Of a stretch of 64,000 nucleotides of DNA, positions 44,139 through 53,535 are shown piece by piece (position 1 is the stretch's first letter; every line of letters starts with the position of its first letter). The position numbers and the translations under genes were made by a program. The stretch is from contig CAZJEP010000005.1 of NCBI GenBank assembly GCA_964545125.1, positions 1,447 through 65,446 on the forward strand, in the 5' to 3' direction. The notes below the pieces were generated by a model that had not been told where the DNA came from, did no database searches, and saw only the letters and a list, made by a program, of their open reading frames with translations. Origin of the DNA: an uncultured Gammaproteobacteria bacterium. GTDB lineage: Bacteria > Patescibacteriota > Patescibacteriia > Patescibacteriales > Patescibacteriaceae.

Positions 44139-44747
44139 ATGAAAAAAATATTGCTGGCTATCTTAATAATTTCCGTGGCTATTTTGTTGCTTTTCTGGCC
44201 TCTCTCTGGTTGGCAAGGGCCTAAAATAAAATTATTTGCGAAATTATTAACCAAATCCATTGAAAACGTGCGTGAAGATTATGCCAAAAAATCTTGCACC
44301 GAATTTAACAAACAAGAATTGAAACAAGGATATTTTGATGCTCTTGTTACCGGCTATTGCAAACCCAGTCCGGAAAATTTCACCAATCGCGCCGATTTTC
44401 TGTGCGCCGTCGGACTTAATTGTTCCTGCCCCAACGGACGAGATGAAACGGCCGGCTGCGCCCTAGAAGGATCCTTGACTTGGTCTCCCTGTAAAGAATT
44501 TGATAATAAAACTATTCCCTATTGCCATCAGACGGCCACTGGCGCCGAGCCAAAACCTGGCGATGTGGCCGCGGACTGGAATTGTTTTGCTAAAAATTCT
44601 ACCATTAACATTAATAATCAAAATTACCATGTAACCGACAAGGGTTCAGCTATTACCGGGAGGCGCGCCGATATTTGGTTTGCTAATTGTCAAGACGCCT
44701 TTAAAGTAATGGGGATATATAAGGTGGCTATACCAAATAAATTTTAA
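44139..44747 (+). CDS. 3D-domain (MltA/RlpA-like double-psi beta-barrel) cell-wall protein
   Basis: VTGYC...TATGAEPKPGDVAADWN...YHVTDKGSAITGRRADIWF. Confidence 0.6.
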   Translation: MKKILLAILIISVAILLLFWPLSGWQGPKIKLFAKLLTKSIENVREDYAKKSCTEFNKQELKQGYFDALVTGYCKPSPENFTNRADFLCAVGLNCSCPNGRDETAGCALEGSLTWSPCKEFDNKTIPYCHQTATGAEPKPGDVAADWNCFAKNSTININNQNYHVTDKGSAITGRRADIWFANCQDAFKVMGIYKVAIPNKF

Positions 44748-44758
44748 ATTAAAATACC

Positions 44759-46414
44759 ATGTTACTAAATAACATTAAAAAAATATATTTACCGACCTTA
44801 ATCTTTTTACTCTTGACCCCTAGCTTAGTTTTGGCAGCCGACAACGATATTATCTGCCCCGAAGCTCAGGCCACAGAGGTTCTGGTTTATTTTCATGGCC
44901 TCACCCACAACGACCACTCCATTTATGTCAACAGCTTAAACACCTTTAAGTCAGAATTAGCAAAAATAAAAAATCAACGACCAGGCGTGGCCGGCATCCA
45001 TGTCAACAACGAAGCCAACGGAGGCAACTGGAAAGGGGTCAAGGTTAACGTCAGCGCTCTGGTTGACCAAGTCAAGAATAAATGTGGCGTTCAGGCTGGC
45101 GCTAATTTTTACACCACTATCGCCGGCCATAGCGCCGGTGGCTATGCCGTTATTAACAACGCCAATTCAGCCAGCAAAATTATTATTTTAGACGGTATGT
45201 ATTGGCCGGCCGATCCCCTGTTTGACAAGTGTTCCAAGATTAGCGTCATCGGAGGATCCGTGGCCGGTAATGGCGGGACCAAAGACCAAACAACTAGATT
45301 AATAAATAAATGCTATGGAACCAGTGGCTTTAATTCCATAGCCAACAGCGACGGTAAAATCAGCCATGACGGCACTCGCGCCTATTTATCCTCTTTCTAC
45401 CTAAATTCTTCCGGAGTTGTCAGTGTGTCCTCGCCTAATACTAGTCAAAATCAAAATAAAACAAATTCAACATTTAATGTTTCTTTGCCGATGATTAAAA
45501 ACCCCTTCGACAGTTTGCAGGTAATGATTCCGGGCATGCCCAGATTTTCGGACGCTGTTATTAGCGGTTCTGGCAACAATATGAAAATTACCATCAACTG
45601 GATAGGCGAATACATCATGGGAATTTATAATTACGCTATCGGCGTTATCGGTATTTTTTCGGTGGTGGCCATTGCCATTGGCGGCACCATGTGGATTTTG
45701 TCTTTTGGCAATCCGGGTCAAATCATTATCGCCAAGGAATGGATTCTTGGCGCCATTTTGGGCTTGGTATTGGCCCTGGGGTCATATATCCTGCTCAACA
45801 CTATCAATGACGATCTAATTCAAATGAAACCAATAGAATTGGCTTATATTCAAAGAATTGAAGATCCGGGCGATAATGGTTCTGGCGGCGATTACTACCA
45901 TGTCGGTCCTAACCAGGTCGGTCAACCTTACAGCGGTCAAGATCCGAATAATCCTTGTCCGGCCAGCACTCTCCCTGATTTAACGCAATATTATGCTTAC
46001 AAAGCTAACCCTCCTCTTATTTATAGTCAGGATCCTAATAAACGAAGACAGGCGGGATATTGTGATTGCTCCTCGTTCTCTCAACACCTGGCTATTTGTT
46101 CCAGAGCCAATGCTATTGCCGGCGAAGGTCGCACCATAAATTTATTTAAAGATGTCAGTAACAATCGCGAAGAAATCATGGACTGCGACAATCCTCCTAA
46201 AATGTCTCCAGGAGACATTTTTGGCTACTACAGCGATAGCAAAGAAAGAGGCCACGTCTTAACTTACATTGGCAATGGCCAATACATCGAATGTGGCGGT
46301 GAATTCAAAGGCAACACACAAACCCGGGGAGCTATTAAAATTGGCCCCTTTAGAGAAAGATGTTTATCATACAAAAAAAACAATAACATTAAACTCTTCT
46401 TTATTAGTCGATAA
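44759..46414 (+). CDS. tri-partite protein: alpha/beta-hydrolase-like domain, pilin-type two-TM hairpin, and NlpC/P60-like cysteine peptidase
   Basis: N-terminal part has VLVYFHGL and TIAGHSAGGYA (GxSxG). The middle has YNYAIGVIGIFSVVAIAIGGTMWILSFGNPGQIIIAKEWILGAILGLVLALGSYILLNTIN. The C-terminal part has GYCDCSSFSQHL and GHVLTYIGNGQYIECGG. Confidence 0.6.
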   Translation: MLLNNIKKIYLPTLIFLLLTPSLVLAADNDIICPEAQATEVLVYFHGLTHNDHSIYVNSLNTFKSELAKIKNQRPGVAGIHVNNEANGGNWKGVKVNVSALVDQVKNKCGVQAGANFYTTIAGHSAGGYAVINNANSASKIIILDGMYWPADPLFDKCSKISVIGGSVAGNGGTKDQTTRLINKCYGTSGFNSIANSDGKISHDGTRAYLSSFYLNSSGVVSVSSPNTSQNQNKTNSTFNVSLPMIKNPFDSLQVMIPGMPRFSDAVISGSGNNMKITINWIGEYIMGIYNYAIGVIGIFSVVAIAIGGTMWILSFGNPGQIIIAKEWILGAILGLVLALGSYILLNTINDDLIQMKPIELAYIQRIEDPGDNGSGGDYYHVGPNQVGQPYSGQDPNNPCPASTLPDLTQYYAYKANPPLIYSQDPNKRRQAGYCDCSSFSQHLAICSRANAIAGEGRTINLFKDVSNNREEIMDCDNPPKMSPGDIFGYYSDSKERGHVLTYIGNGQYIECGGEFKGNTQTRGAIKIGPFRERCLSYKKNNNIKLFFISR

Positions 46415-46424
46415 AAAGCTAGAT

Positions 46425-47294
46425 ATGACAAAAAATCTTAATTTATTAAGCAATGAACATAGCGCTTGCGCGGGTTGCGGGCAAATTATCGCCTCGCGCG
46501 TGGTGGTTAATACTTTAGGACCAAACACCGTGGTTATTAATGCGACGGGCTGTCTGGAAGTTACCACCTCGCAATATCCTAGTTCGGCCTGGAAACTTCC
46601 CTGGATTCATTCTTTGTTTGCCAATCCAGCTCCTTTGGCCTCCGGGGTTTTGGCGGCTTTGCGACAGCAAAAAAAATCAGCCAAAATCTTAGTTCAGGCC
46701 GGCGATGGCTCCACTTTTGATATCGGCTTTGGCGCGGTTAGCGGCATGTGGGATCGAGGCGATGATATTATTTATGTTTGTTATGACAATGAGATTTACG
46801 CCAACACCGGCATGCAGGCTTCGGCCGCCACACCCTATGGCAGTCGCACTTCCACTACTCCTTATGGCAAACTCTTAGACGGACACAAAAAAAATATGGT
46901 AGAAATCGCCTTATCACACGGTTTGAAATATGTGGCGCAAACTACCGCTGGTTTTATTGACGACTTGAAAGATAAGGTCATTAAAGCCAGCCTTACCAAA
47001 GGTCCGAGTTATATTCAAATCCTCTCCCCTTGTATCCCTGGCTGGTCGGTGGCCATCGCCGAATCGATTAAAGTGGCCCAATTAGCCGCGTTGACCGGTC
47101 TTTACCCTGGTTTGGAATACGTCAACGGCGAATTAACCAAAGTTATTAAGGTCACCAAACCACAAATTAAAGTTTGGGAATACTTGCAATATCAATCACG
47201 CTTTCGCCATTTAGCTAAAACCAAAGAAGGACAAGCTATTTTAGCAGAACTACAAGCCCTGGCTGATAGTAATATCAAAAAATATGGATTATAG
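46425..47294 (+). CDS. porB: pyruvate/2-oxoacid:ferredoxin oxidoreductase beta (TPP-binding) subunit
   Basis: CAGCGQIIASR, TGCLEV and GDGSTFDIGFGAVSG. Start trimmed to the ATG at 46425, 10 nt after the preceding stop. Confidence 0.8.
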   Translation: MTKNLNLLSNEHSACAGCGQIIASRVVVNTLGPNTVVINATGCLEVTTSQYPSSAWKLPWIHSLFANPAPLASGVLAALRQQKKSAKILVQAGDGSTFDIGFGAVSGMWDRGDDIIYVCYDNEIYANTGMQASAATPYGSRTSTTPYGKLLDGHKKNMVEIALSHGLKYVAQTTAGFIDDLKDKVIKASLTKGPSYIQILSPCIPGWSVAIAESIKVAQLAALTGLYPGLEYVNGELTKVIKVTKPQIKVWEYLQYQSRFRHLAKTKEGQAILAELQALADSNIKKYGL

Positions 47295-47347
47295 GTAATA
47301 GGTAGTAAGTTTTTGGTTATAGAAATTAAAAATTACGTCTTAAAAAT

Positions 47348-47378
47348 AAAAAACTTTGGAACATTATCCAAAGTTTTT
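47348..47378. terminator. bidirectional terminator between convergent genes
   Basis: aaaaactttgga-acatta-tccaaagttttt. Confidence 0.7.
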
Positions 47379-47404
47379 TAACGATCTATTACCTAATACC
47401 TCGC

Positions 47405-48907
47405 TTATAATTTGATACACTTATTGGCCACACAATCTGGTTGGTTAGAATCAAGGCAATCTCCGCACAACAGGGTTCCGCCACAACCGTCAGCCAAGCG
47501 CCCACATTCAGCTTGACTAGACTGACAATCGGCTGGATTGCAAACCTTGATCGTACCCTTGGTTGAACCGACATTGCCATAAATATCACTAACAGTAATT
47601 TCTAAATCAAAAAATTCGTAGGCTCTACCCGGAGACAAATCAATGCTCTTGGCCACCAAAGCTTTTTGATTGTCAAAATTTTTAATATCTTCCAATTTTA
47701 AACCAGGTTTACTGTTGTCAGACCAGCGCCAGCCACGCCTATACCAATCGTTCCAATCAGCGGTAATTCTTAGGCTACTCCAATCAATCGGGTAGTCGCT
47801 ATTAACCGCCAAATAATCCCTAAACGAACCTTCCCTGGCGTTAAGCGTCCCTAAAATAATATTAATCGTACTAGGATTAGGTAGTTTAATAGGATTGCCC
47901 AAACAATTAAGATCTTCGGGTATACCGGCATATTTGGTTTCAAAATTGGCGCAAAACAAATAAACATTTGTTTTGGGGTCCCAAGAATAAGCAAAAGCCA
48001 AAGAACCTTCAGGGAAATAATCCGGGTAAATAAAACTGGAAGCATATTTTTTATCGACTTCGTTCCAGCAAGTAACGCTGTCAAAGCTGGCTGGACAGTT
48101 TTGCAACCTATTGACCGGATCCTGAGGCAGCTTATAACCTAAAGTCTTACCCAGGGTTTCATTCCAGCTCGGCCAAACGGAAATGGATTTATTGGGCAAA
48201 TAAGAACCGGAAGGCAATCCAGGATACTTTTTGTTTTTTCCATTATAAACTTCAAAAGCTATTTTAGCTTCTCTCATATCAGCCATTCTCTTAACATCAC
48301 GCACCAACTTAGCCTTGACACTATCGCAGTATTGACCATAAGAACATTCGTCCGACAAAAGACATTTCTTAACACAAAAAAAGTTACCACTACCGTCGTC
48401 TTCGCAAGAATTGTCTATAAACTTTCCAGTACAACCCTTGGCCATGTCACAAGATTCGGTGCTTTTTGGCTGGCAAATTCCCGGACCGGTTTTATCCACC
48501 AAATCGGCGTTAAACTTCCAATACTGCAATAATTGTCCAAAAATGTCCCTGGTTTCGTCAGTGGCTTGTTGATTAAAGGAAATAATATAAATATTGGTAT
48601 ACAGCATATCAGGCGACCAGTTGGGAGTTTGAGCTGGCACCACATTAGCGGCATTAACATATACCGTGCGACCGTCGCGCACCGCTTCATAGCCGTTGAC
48701 AATCAACGACTGAGGGGCGCCCTTAATATCCACATTGTCGTAATACCAGGCCAAAGGAGATTCGTGATCAGGATTGGGCATCACCCGGACGGCAATCGCG
48801 TCAGGCGAAGAATCCGTCGCCGCATTAATCGACCAAAACGATAAAAATAAACCTAAACAAAAAAATAGGGTTAATAAATTTAATTTGTTGCTAATACTAG
48901 AAAGCAT
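47405..48907 (-). CDS. secreted hypothetical protein with Cys-rich central and C-terminal segments
   Basis: Signal peptide, and a C-terminal CNPADCQSSQAECGRLADGCGGTLLCGDCLDSNQPDCVANKC. Confidence 0.5.
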   Translation of the reverse strand: MLSSISNKLNLLTLFFCLGLFLSFWSINAATDSSPDAIAVRVMPNPDHESPLAWYYDNVDIKGAPQSLIVNGYEAVRDGRTVYVNAANVVPAQTPNWSPDMLYTNIYIISFNQQATDETRDIFGQLLQYWKFNADLVDKTGPGICQPKSTESCDMAKGCTGKFIDNSCEDDGSGNFFCVKKCLLSDECSYGQYCDSVKAKLVRDVKRMADMREAKIAFEVYNGKNKKYPGLPSGSYLPNKSISVWPSWNETLGKTLGYKLPQDPVNRLQNCPASFDSVTCWNEVDKKYASSFIYPDYFPEGSLAFAYSWDPKTNVYLFCANFETKYAGIPEDLNCLGNPIKLPNPSTINIILGTLNAREGSFRDYLAVNSDYPIDWSSLRITADWNDWYRRGWRWSDNSKPGLKLEDIKNFDNQKALVAKSIDLSPGRAYEFFDLEITVSDIYGNVGSTKGTIKVCNPADCQSSQAECGRLADGCGGTLLCGDCLDSNQPDCVANKCIKL

Positions 48908-48929
48908 ACCACTTTATAAACTTTATAAA

Positions 48930-49799
48930 CTAATTTTGGCATTCTCCGCACCATACTGTCCCCCGTCCTACCAGCTTGCTCTTATGAAGAATCTGCCCGC
49001 ATTTAAAACATTTCTTTCCGCCTCGTCCGTAGACTTTTAATTTTTTTAAAAAATTACCCGAACCTCCCCGGGCATCGCGATAATCGCTAAAAGAAGTTCC
49101 GCGATGAGTTATAGATAATTTTAGCACTTTAGTTATCGCTTTGGCCAAGGCCGACCATTCCGCTTCCTTAAGACTAGCCACTGTTCGCTGTGGCAAAATC
49201 TTAGCTAACCACAAAGACTCATCCGCATAAATATTGCCAATGCCCGCCACCTTGCTTTGATCCAACAAGGCCGCTTTTATTTTAGCCTTACTCCGACCAG
49301 CTAAAGCCGTTTGCAGTTTTTGACCATTAAAATTTTTAGCCAAAGGTTCCGGGCCCAAACGATCTGAAATTGCGGCCAAGGCCCTGGCTGACAGCAACTT
49401 AATATAACCGAATTTACGAACATCATTAAAAAATAACTCACTGCCATCGGCTAATCTAAAAATAACTCTAGTAAACTTATTGGGCAACTCCTCTCCTACT
49501 CCCACTATCGGATGACCACCCACCACTAATTTGTTTTTCTTATTGCTTGCCGTTTGGCTGGCGGAGCGCCAAATCAATTGTCCGGTCATTTTCAAATGTA
49601 TCACTAAATGCTGTTCGGGTATTAAATCAATAATGATTTGTTTGCCCCGTCGCCACACGCGCTTAATTTTTTTACCCCTGACCGAAGCTGACGTCAACTT
49701 AATTTTTTTATTTAAAACTTTAACCTCCTTGATGATTTTATTCGGCAGATATTTGTTCAAATCACGAACAATCGTTTCTACCTCTGGCAATTCCGGCAT
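48930..49799 (-). CDS. mutM: formamidopyrimidine-DNA glycosylase
   Basis: MPELPEVETI N-terminus and a C-terminal CxxC...CxxC zinc finger. Confidence 0.9.
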   Translation of the reverse strand: MPELPEVETIVRDLNKYLPNKIIKEVKVLNKKIKLTSASVRGKKIKRVWRRGKQIIIDLIPEQHLVIHLKMTGQLIWRSASQTASNKKNKLVVGGHPIVGVGEELPNKFTRVIFRLADGSELFFNDVRKFGYIKLLSARALAAISDRLGPEPLAKNFNGQKLQTALAGRSKAKIKAALLDQSKVAGIGNIYADESLWLAKILPQRTVASLKEAEWSALAKAITKVLKLSITHRGTSFSDYRDARGGSGNFLKKLKVYGRGGKKCFKCGQILHKSKLVGRGTVWCGECQN

Positions 49800-49804
49800 A
49801 ATTA

Positions 49805-50830
49805 TTATTTTTTCTTACTAGACAATTTGCTGTACAGTTTAGCTAATTTTGGCAAATCGTGTTTAGTCAACAGGCCATTTTGCGCGCCCTGTTGACTTAA
49901 AACTGAGGCGGCATTGTGAGCTGCTAAAAATAAGGCCTGCTTAATATTTTTGTATAAAATCAACCCGGTAACAAAACTAGCAGCAAAAGCGTCGCCCAAA
50001 CCAGTGGTATCCTCTTTTTTCTTGGGCTTGACAACTGCTTGAAAATAAACTTCTTGGCCGTCATAAGCATAAGCGCCATGTTCACCGTCGGTAACAACAA
50101 TAATTTCCGGTCCCCACTCATGAATGGCTTTGAGCAAATTTTCCACACTGGAAAAAAAATCATAGGATTTGCTAGCCAAACGATTGTGACTCATAACCAA
50201 CTGAATCGCCTCGTCTTTATTCATGGTTAAAACTTTGGTTTTTTTGAAATATTTGGCCAAAACTCGATGACCGGCCAGGAGCTGTAATTCTCCCGGATTC
50301 CAAAAAACTTTGGTGCCGTCAACAATGGAAAATATTTTATCCAAAGACGAACGCCAATTACCGGACAAACTGGTGATAAACAGCCAGGGCGCGCGTTTCA
50401 AGGATTTTTGATCTTTAGCGCTGATGGCCATAAAAGAATTAGCCGCTCGATGAGAAAAGGCTACGTGATCCTTGCTGGCGCCGATGACAATAAAAGAAAA
50501 GCCGGAAATTTCGTTAGGGATTCGCTTCATCAAACGAACATCAACTCGGCGTTTTTTTAAATTGGCCACAATTTTTTTGCCTCGTTCATCATTGCCGTAA
50601 GTAATCATACCAGCGGTTTTTAAACCTAGCGAAGCAAAACAAACCGCCGTATTGGCAGCCCCTCCTCCGAAAGTCATGGCTACTTTCTTAATATCAATTT
50701 TGGTGCCATAATCAAAAGCCAAGAGCTGATTACCGGCCGGATTTAATTTGTTTTCTAAAAGTTGATAATCATCAACATAGAAATTAATATCCTCAGTGGC
50801 TCCACCTATGGTAATAACGTCATATTTCAT
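49805..50830 (-). CDS. PfkB-family carbohydrate kinase
   Basis: GGGAANTA and DTTGLGDAFAASFVTG motifs. Confidence 0.75.
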   Translation of the reverse strand: MKYDVITIGGATEDINFYVDDYQLLENKLNPAGNQLLAFDYGTKIDIKKVAMTFGGGAANTAVCFASLGLKTAGMITYGNDERGKKIVANLKKRRVDVRLMKRIPNEISGFSFIVIGASKDHVAFSHRAANSFMAISAKDQKSLKRAPWLFITSLSGNWRSSLDKIFSIVDGTKVFWNPGELQLLAGHRVLAKYFKKTKVLTMNKDEAIQLVMSHNRLASKSYDFFSSVENLLKAIHEWGPEIIVVTDGEHGAYAYDGQEVYFQAVVKPKKKEDTTGLGDAFAASFVTGLILYKNIKQALFLAAHNAASVLSQQGAQNGLLTKHDLPKLAKLYSKLSSKKK

Positions 50831-50904
50831 AAAAACCGTTTTCTTTTATGGCTTTATTATATCACAAGATTTATGAATAACAAAAATCCGGGGAAAGTCT
50901 TAGC

Positions 50905-50950
50905 TAGTAACCTGCCCGTCTGTCCGCGGTCGCGGGACGCGACCAGGGGT
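50905..50950. repeat. intergenic GC-rich element related to the CCTGCC hairpin family
   Basis: cctgcccgtctgtccgcgg resembles cctgcctgtccggcgg at 35257. It contains the hairpin ggtcgcg-gga-cgcgacc (50928-50944). Confidence 0.5.
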
Positions 50951-51047
50951 AATGGGTAATAGAAAATGTCTAGTTTATGATTTTATAAAAAATGAGCCAT
51001 CTGTATTATTACAAAAATGGCCCAATGAATAACCTGGTCCCTGTTAC

Positions 51048-51971
51048 CTAGTCCACTAAATCTTTAGGATTAACCTGAAAAACTCCAACTAAATTTTTGC
51101 TCAACAAATAAAGATTGGGGCTGACCGCGTTTTTGACAAAAAAATTACCGCCGGGTTTTTTGTTGACCATTTCCTCGTTGCCGATAATTAAAATATTCCT
51201 AATCCCCTCACCGGTCGCTTCTACGGTCCAAATTTTTTTATCTAGACCGGTATCCTTGGCTTTTTGTTCCGGTATGGAGGTGGCCGACAAGTCTCCCAGC
51301 AAGGAAACTATTCTGGCTACCTTGTCTTGATTTAATTTAAGTTTAGGATTGCCGGTTAGTTGCCAGTCGGAATTTTCTTTTTTTAGAGTTAGGATGTTTT
51401 TGCCTTGGGTTATTTTAATCTGCTTAATTTTATCGCTACCGCTATTAAAAATATTAAAATCCCGCCACTCGGCATAATCAAAAACGCTCAATAAATCACC
51501 GGCGACTTCAAAGCTAGCCTCGGTATCAGACCTGGAAACATAAGTATGACCAGACTGACTCAAACCGATATAAAAATCTAATAGTTGGTTGTCTTTGCTC
51601 AATAATTGCACCTTGAGGCCACTGCCATCAGTTTTAAGTTCGGCTTTACTGTCGCGATTGTTGCTAACCAGCGACATCTTGGAAATGGTTGCCCTTTGCC
51701 AAGCTTGATTAAAATTATCAACCAGAGCTTCGTTTACATACCACTGGCCATCGGTGACGACACGCCAGCGTTCCCCGTCTCGGCTTAAAGTTGTCGTCTG
51801 GCCGTTTTTTTTAATAACTATTTTGTCCACTTCCGCTAAATTGACTTTAGCCAACCAATTAACCTGCTGATCAGTAATATTCTTTTTGGGCAACCAAAAA
51901 TACTGGTAGCCGGCGCCCACACCAACTAAGACCACAAGAATTATCAACAGTATTAAATTTTTTTTGTTCAT
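51048..51971 (-). CDS. DUF4340-like protein, last gene of the GldFG-type ABC operon
   Basis: N-terminal TM helix, repeated beta-rich modules and operon context. The family call is from memory. Confidence 0.45.
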   Translation of the reverse strand: MNKKNLILLIILVVLVGVGAGYQYFWLPKKNITDQQVNWLAKVNLAEVDKIVIKKNGQTTTLSRDGERWRVVTDGQWYVNEALVDNFNQAWQRATISKMSLVSNNRDSKAELKTDGSGLKVQLLSKDNQLLDFYIGLSQSGHTYVSRSDTEASFEVAGDLLSVFDYAEWRDFNIFNSGSDKIKQIKITQGKNILTLKKENSDWQLTGNPKLKLNQDKVARIVSLLGDLSATSIPEQKAKDTGLDKKIWTVEATGEGIRNILIIGNEEMVNKKPGGNFFVKNAVSPNLYLLSKNLVGVFQVNPKDLVD

Positions 51972-52001
51972 AGGGAGATAATTTCAAATTTAAAATTTAA
52001 A

Positions 52002-53513
52002 CTATATTTCTATCGTTTTGGTTTTCTTTCTCAACCAATAACGCGTCAAACCGAAGACCAAAACAACCACGGTTACTCCAAAAACATTAAGATAACGCAA
52101 CCAATCTTTGCGCGCCTGCGATGTTTCGCTGAGCGTCCGGCTAGCTAAACGCTTGGAACGAATGCTAGCCAAATCGCCATCTAAACCGGCGCCGTCAAAA
52201 ATATTTTGCAAAAAAACCAAATTAACCCCACTACCATTAAGATAGTTGTCTTGCATAAAATCACCATCGCCGACCACAAAAATTCTTCCTTGAGCGGTTG
52301 TTTTATCTCCATAAGCGCTCTTGATTTTACCGCTGATGGAGACGGCTAAATTATATCGCTGACTGCTCTTGGGCAAATCAAATTGTCGGTTGGGTTGCAA
52401 GTTCCAATCTTTGTTTTCTGTTATCGCCTGCTGGCTAGATTTAGCTAAATAGCTAATCTTGGCGCTGGCATCAATTTTGGTTTGATCCACGTCCAAGCTT
52501 GAAGCCCAGGGTAGAACCACCCCTTCCAACCCCGCCACCAAAGGATTATTTTGATCAAAATTATTATTAGTAATGCGAGGCCAATAAGGATAAGGCAAGG
52601 CAAAACTGATGATACCCTGACTAAAAGACACCACCCCGGCCGAAGCATCTAAAACCAAATCCTGGTTAACCTTGATACCATACTTAGCCAAAAAATCCAA
52701 AACATTAATTTTATTGGCGGTGGCCCGCATATTTTGGTCGGCATTAACTCCGTCTACCAAAAAAATAACCGAATTGCCGTTCATTAAAAATTCATCTATT
52801 TTTTTCAACTCGCCCTCGGCAAAATTTTCTTTAGGCGCCGCAATGACCAAGGTTTTAATGTCGTCCGCTATTTTGTTATTAAGATTAATAGAACGCACAT
52901 CGTAAGTTTTGGCCAACTCTTGGCCGGCCTGCAACATTTGTCCGCTTAATTCAACGCTACCGTGACCAGACACAAAACCAATCGCCGGTAAAGGGCTGGT
53001 TAATTTTTTAAGACGAGAACTTAAATCATACTCAAAATTAGCGGTATCCTGAACCACCGGCATAACTTCACTCTTGCCGTGATAGCTAATAACCAACCCC
53101 ATGTAACCCGCCACTACTTCTAATTTATCTTGACCGTAATTGTTAAATTGTAATTTGGGAATGCCGACCGCCTCCGCTTCCTGTCCGTCGCCCGGATCAA
53201 GATATTCCACTTTAAAATTAGAAGAATAACCATGATAATCGGACAAAATATCCATCAATTCTTGACGCACCGGAATAAATTGACTAGGTAAATCTTTAGA
53301 AAAATAAACTTTGACATTAACCACGTCCGGCAAATTTTTAACTATTTTTTTGGTGGCCGGAGAAATTGAATATAAACCGCCGGCGGTTAAATCTTGGCGT
53401 AAGAAAAAATGATAAGACAACCAATTAACCGCAATCAAAATGCCAACCACCAAACAAACAGCGATAAGCAGATCGCGCAGATTGGTAAATTGTTTGTTTA
53501 AGTTTATTTTCAT
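52002..53513 (-). CDS. GldG-like ABC-transport auxiliary protein
   Basis: N- and C-terminal TM anchors and a large extracytoplasmic domain, downstream of an ABC-2 permease. Confidence 0.55.
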   Translation of the reverse strand: MKINLNKQFTNLRDLLIAVCLVVGILIAVNWLSYHFFLRQDLTAGGLYSISPATKKIVKNLPDVVNVKVYFSKDLPSQFIPVRQELMDILSDYHGYSSNFKVEYLDPGDGQEAEAVGIPKLQFNNYGQDKLEVVAGYMGLVISYHGKSEVMPVVQDTANFEYDLSSRLKKLTSPLPAIGFVSGHGSVELSGQMLQAGQELAKTYDVRSINLNNKIADDIKTLVIAAPKENFAEGELKKIDEFLMNGNSVIFLVDGVNADQNMRATANKINVLDFLAKYGIKVNQDLVLDASAGVVSFSQGIISFALPYPYWPRITNNNFDQNNPLVAGLEGVVLPWASSLDVDQTKIDASAKISYLAKSSQQAITENKDWNLQPNRQFDLPKSSQRYNLAVSISGKIKSAYGDKTTAQGRIFVVGDGDFMQDNYLNGSGVNLVFLQNIFDGAGLDGDLASIRSKRLASRTLSETSQARKDWLRYLNVFGVTVVVLVFGLTRYWLRKKTKTIEI

Positions 53514-53535
53514 AATAAGTCAGCAAGAATAAATT

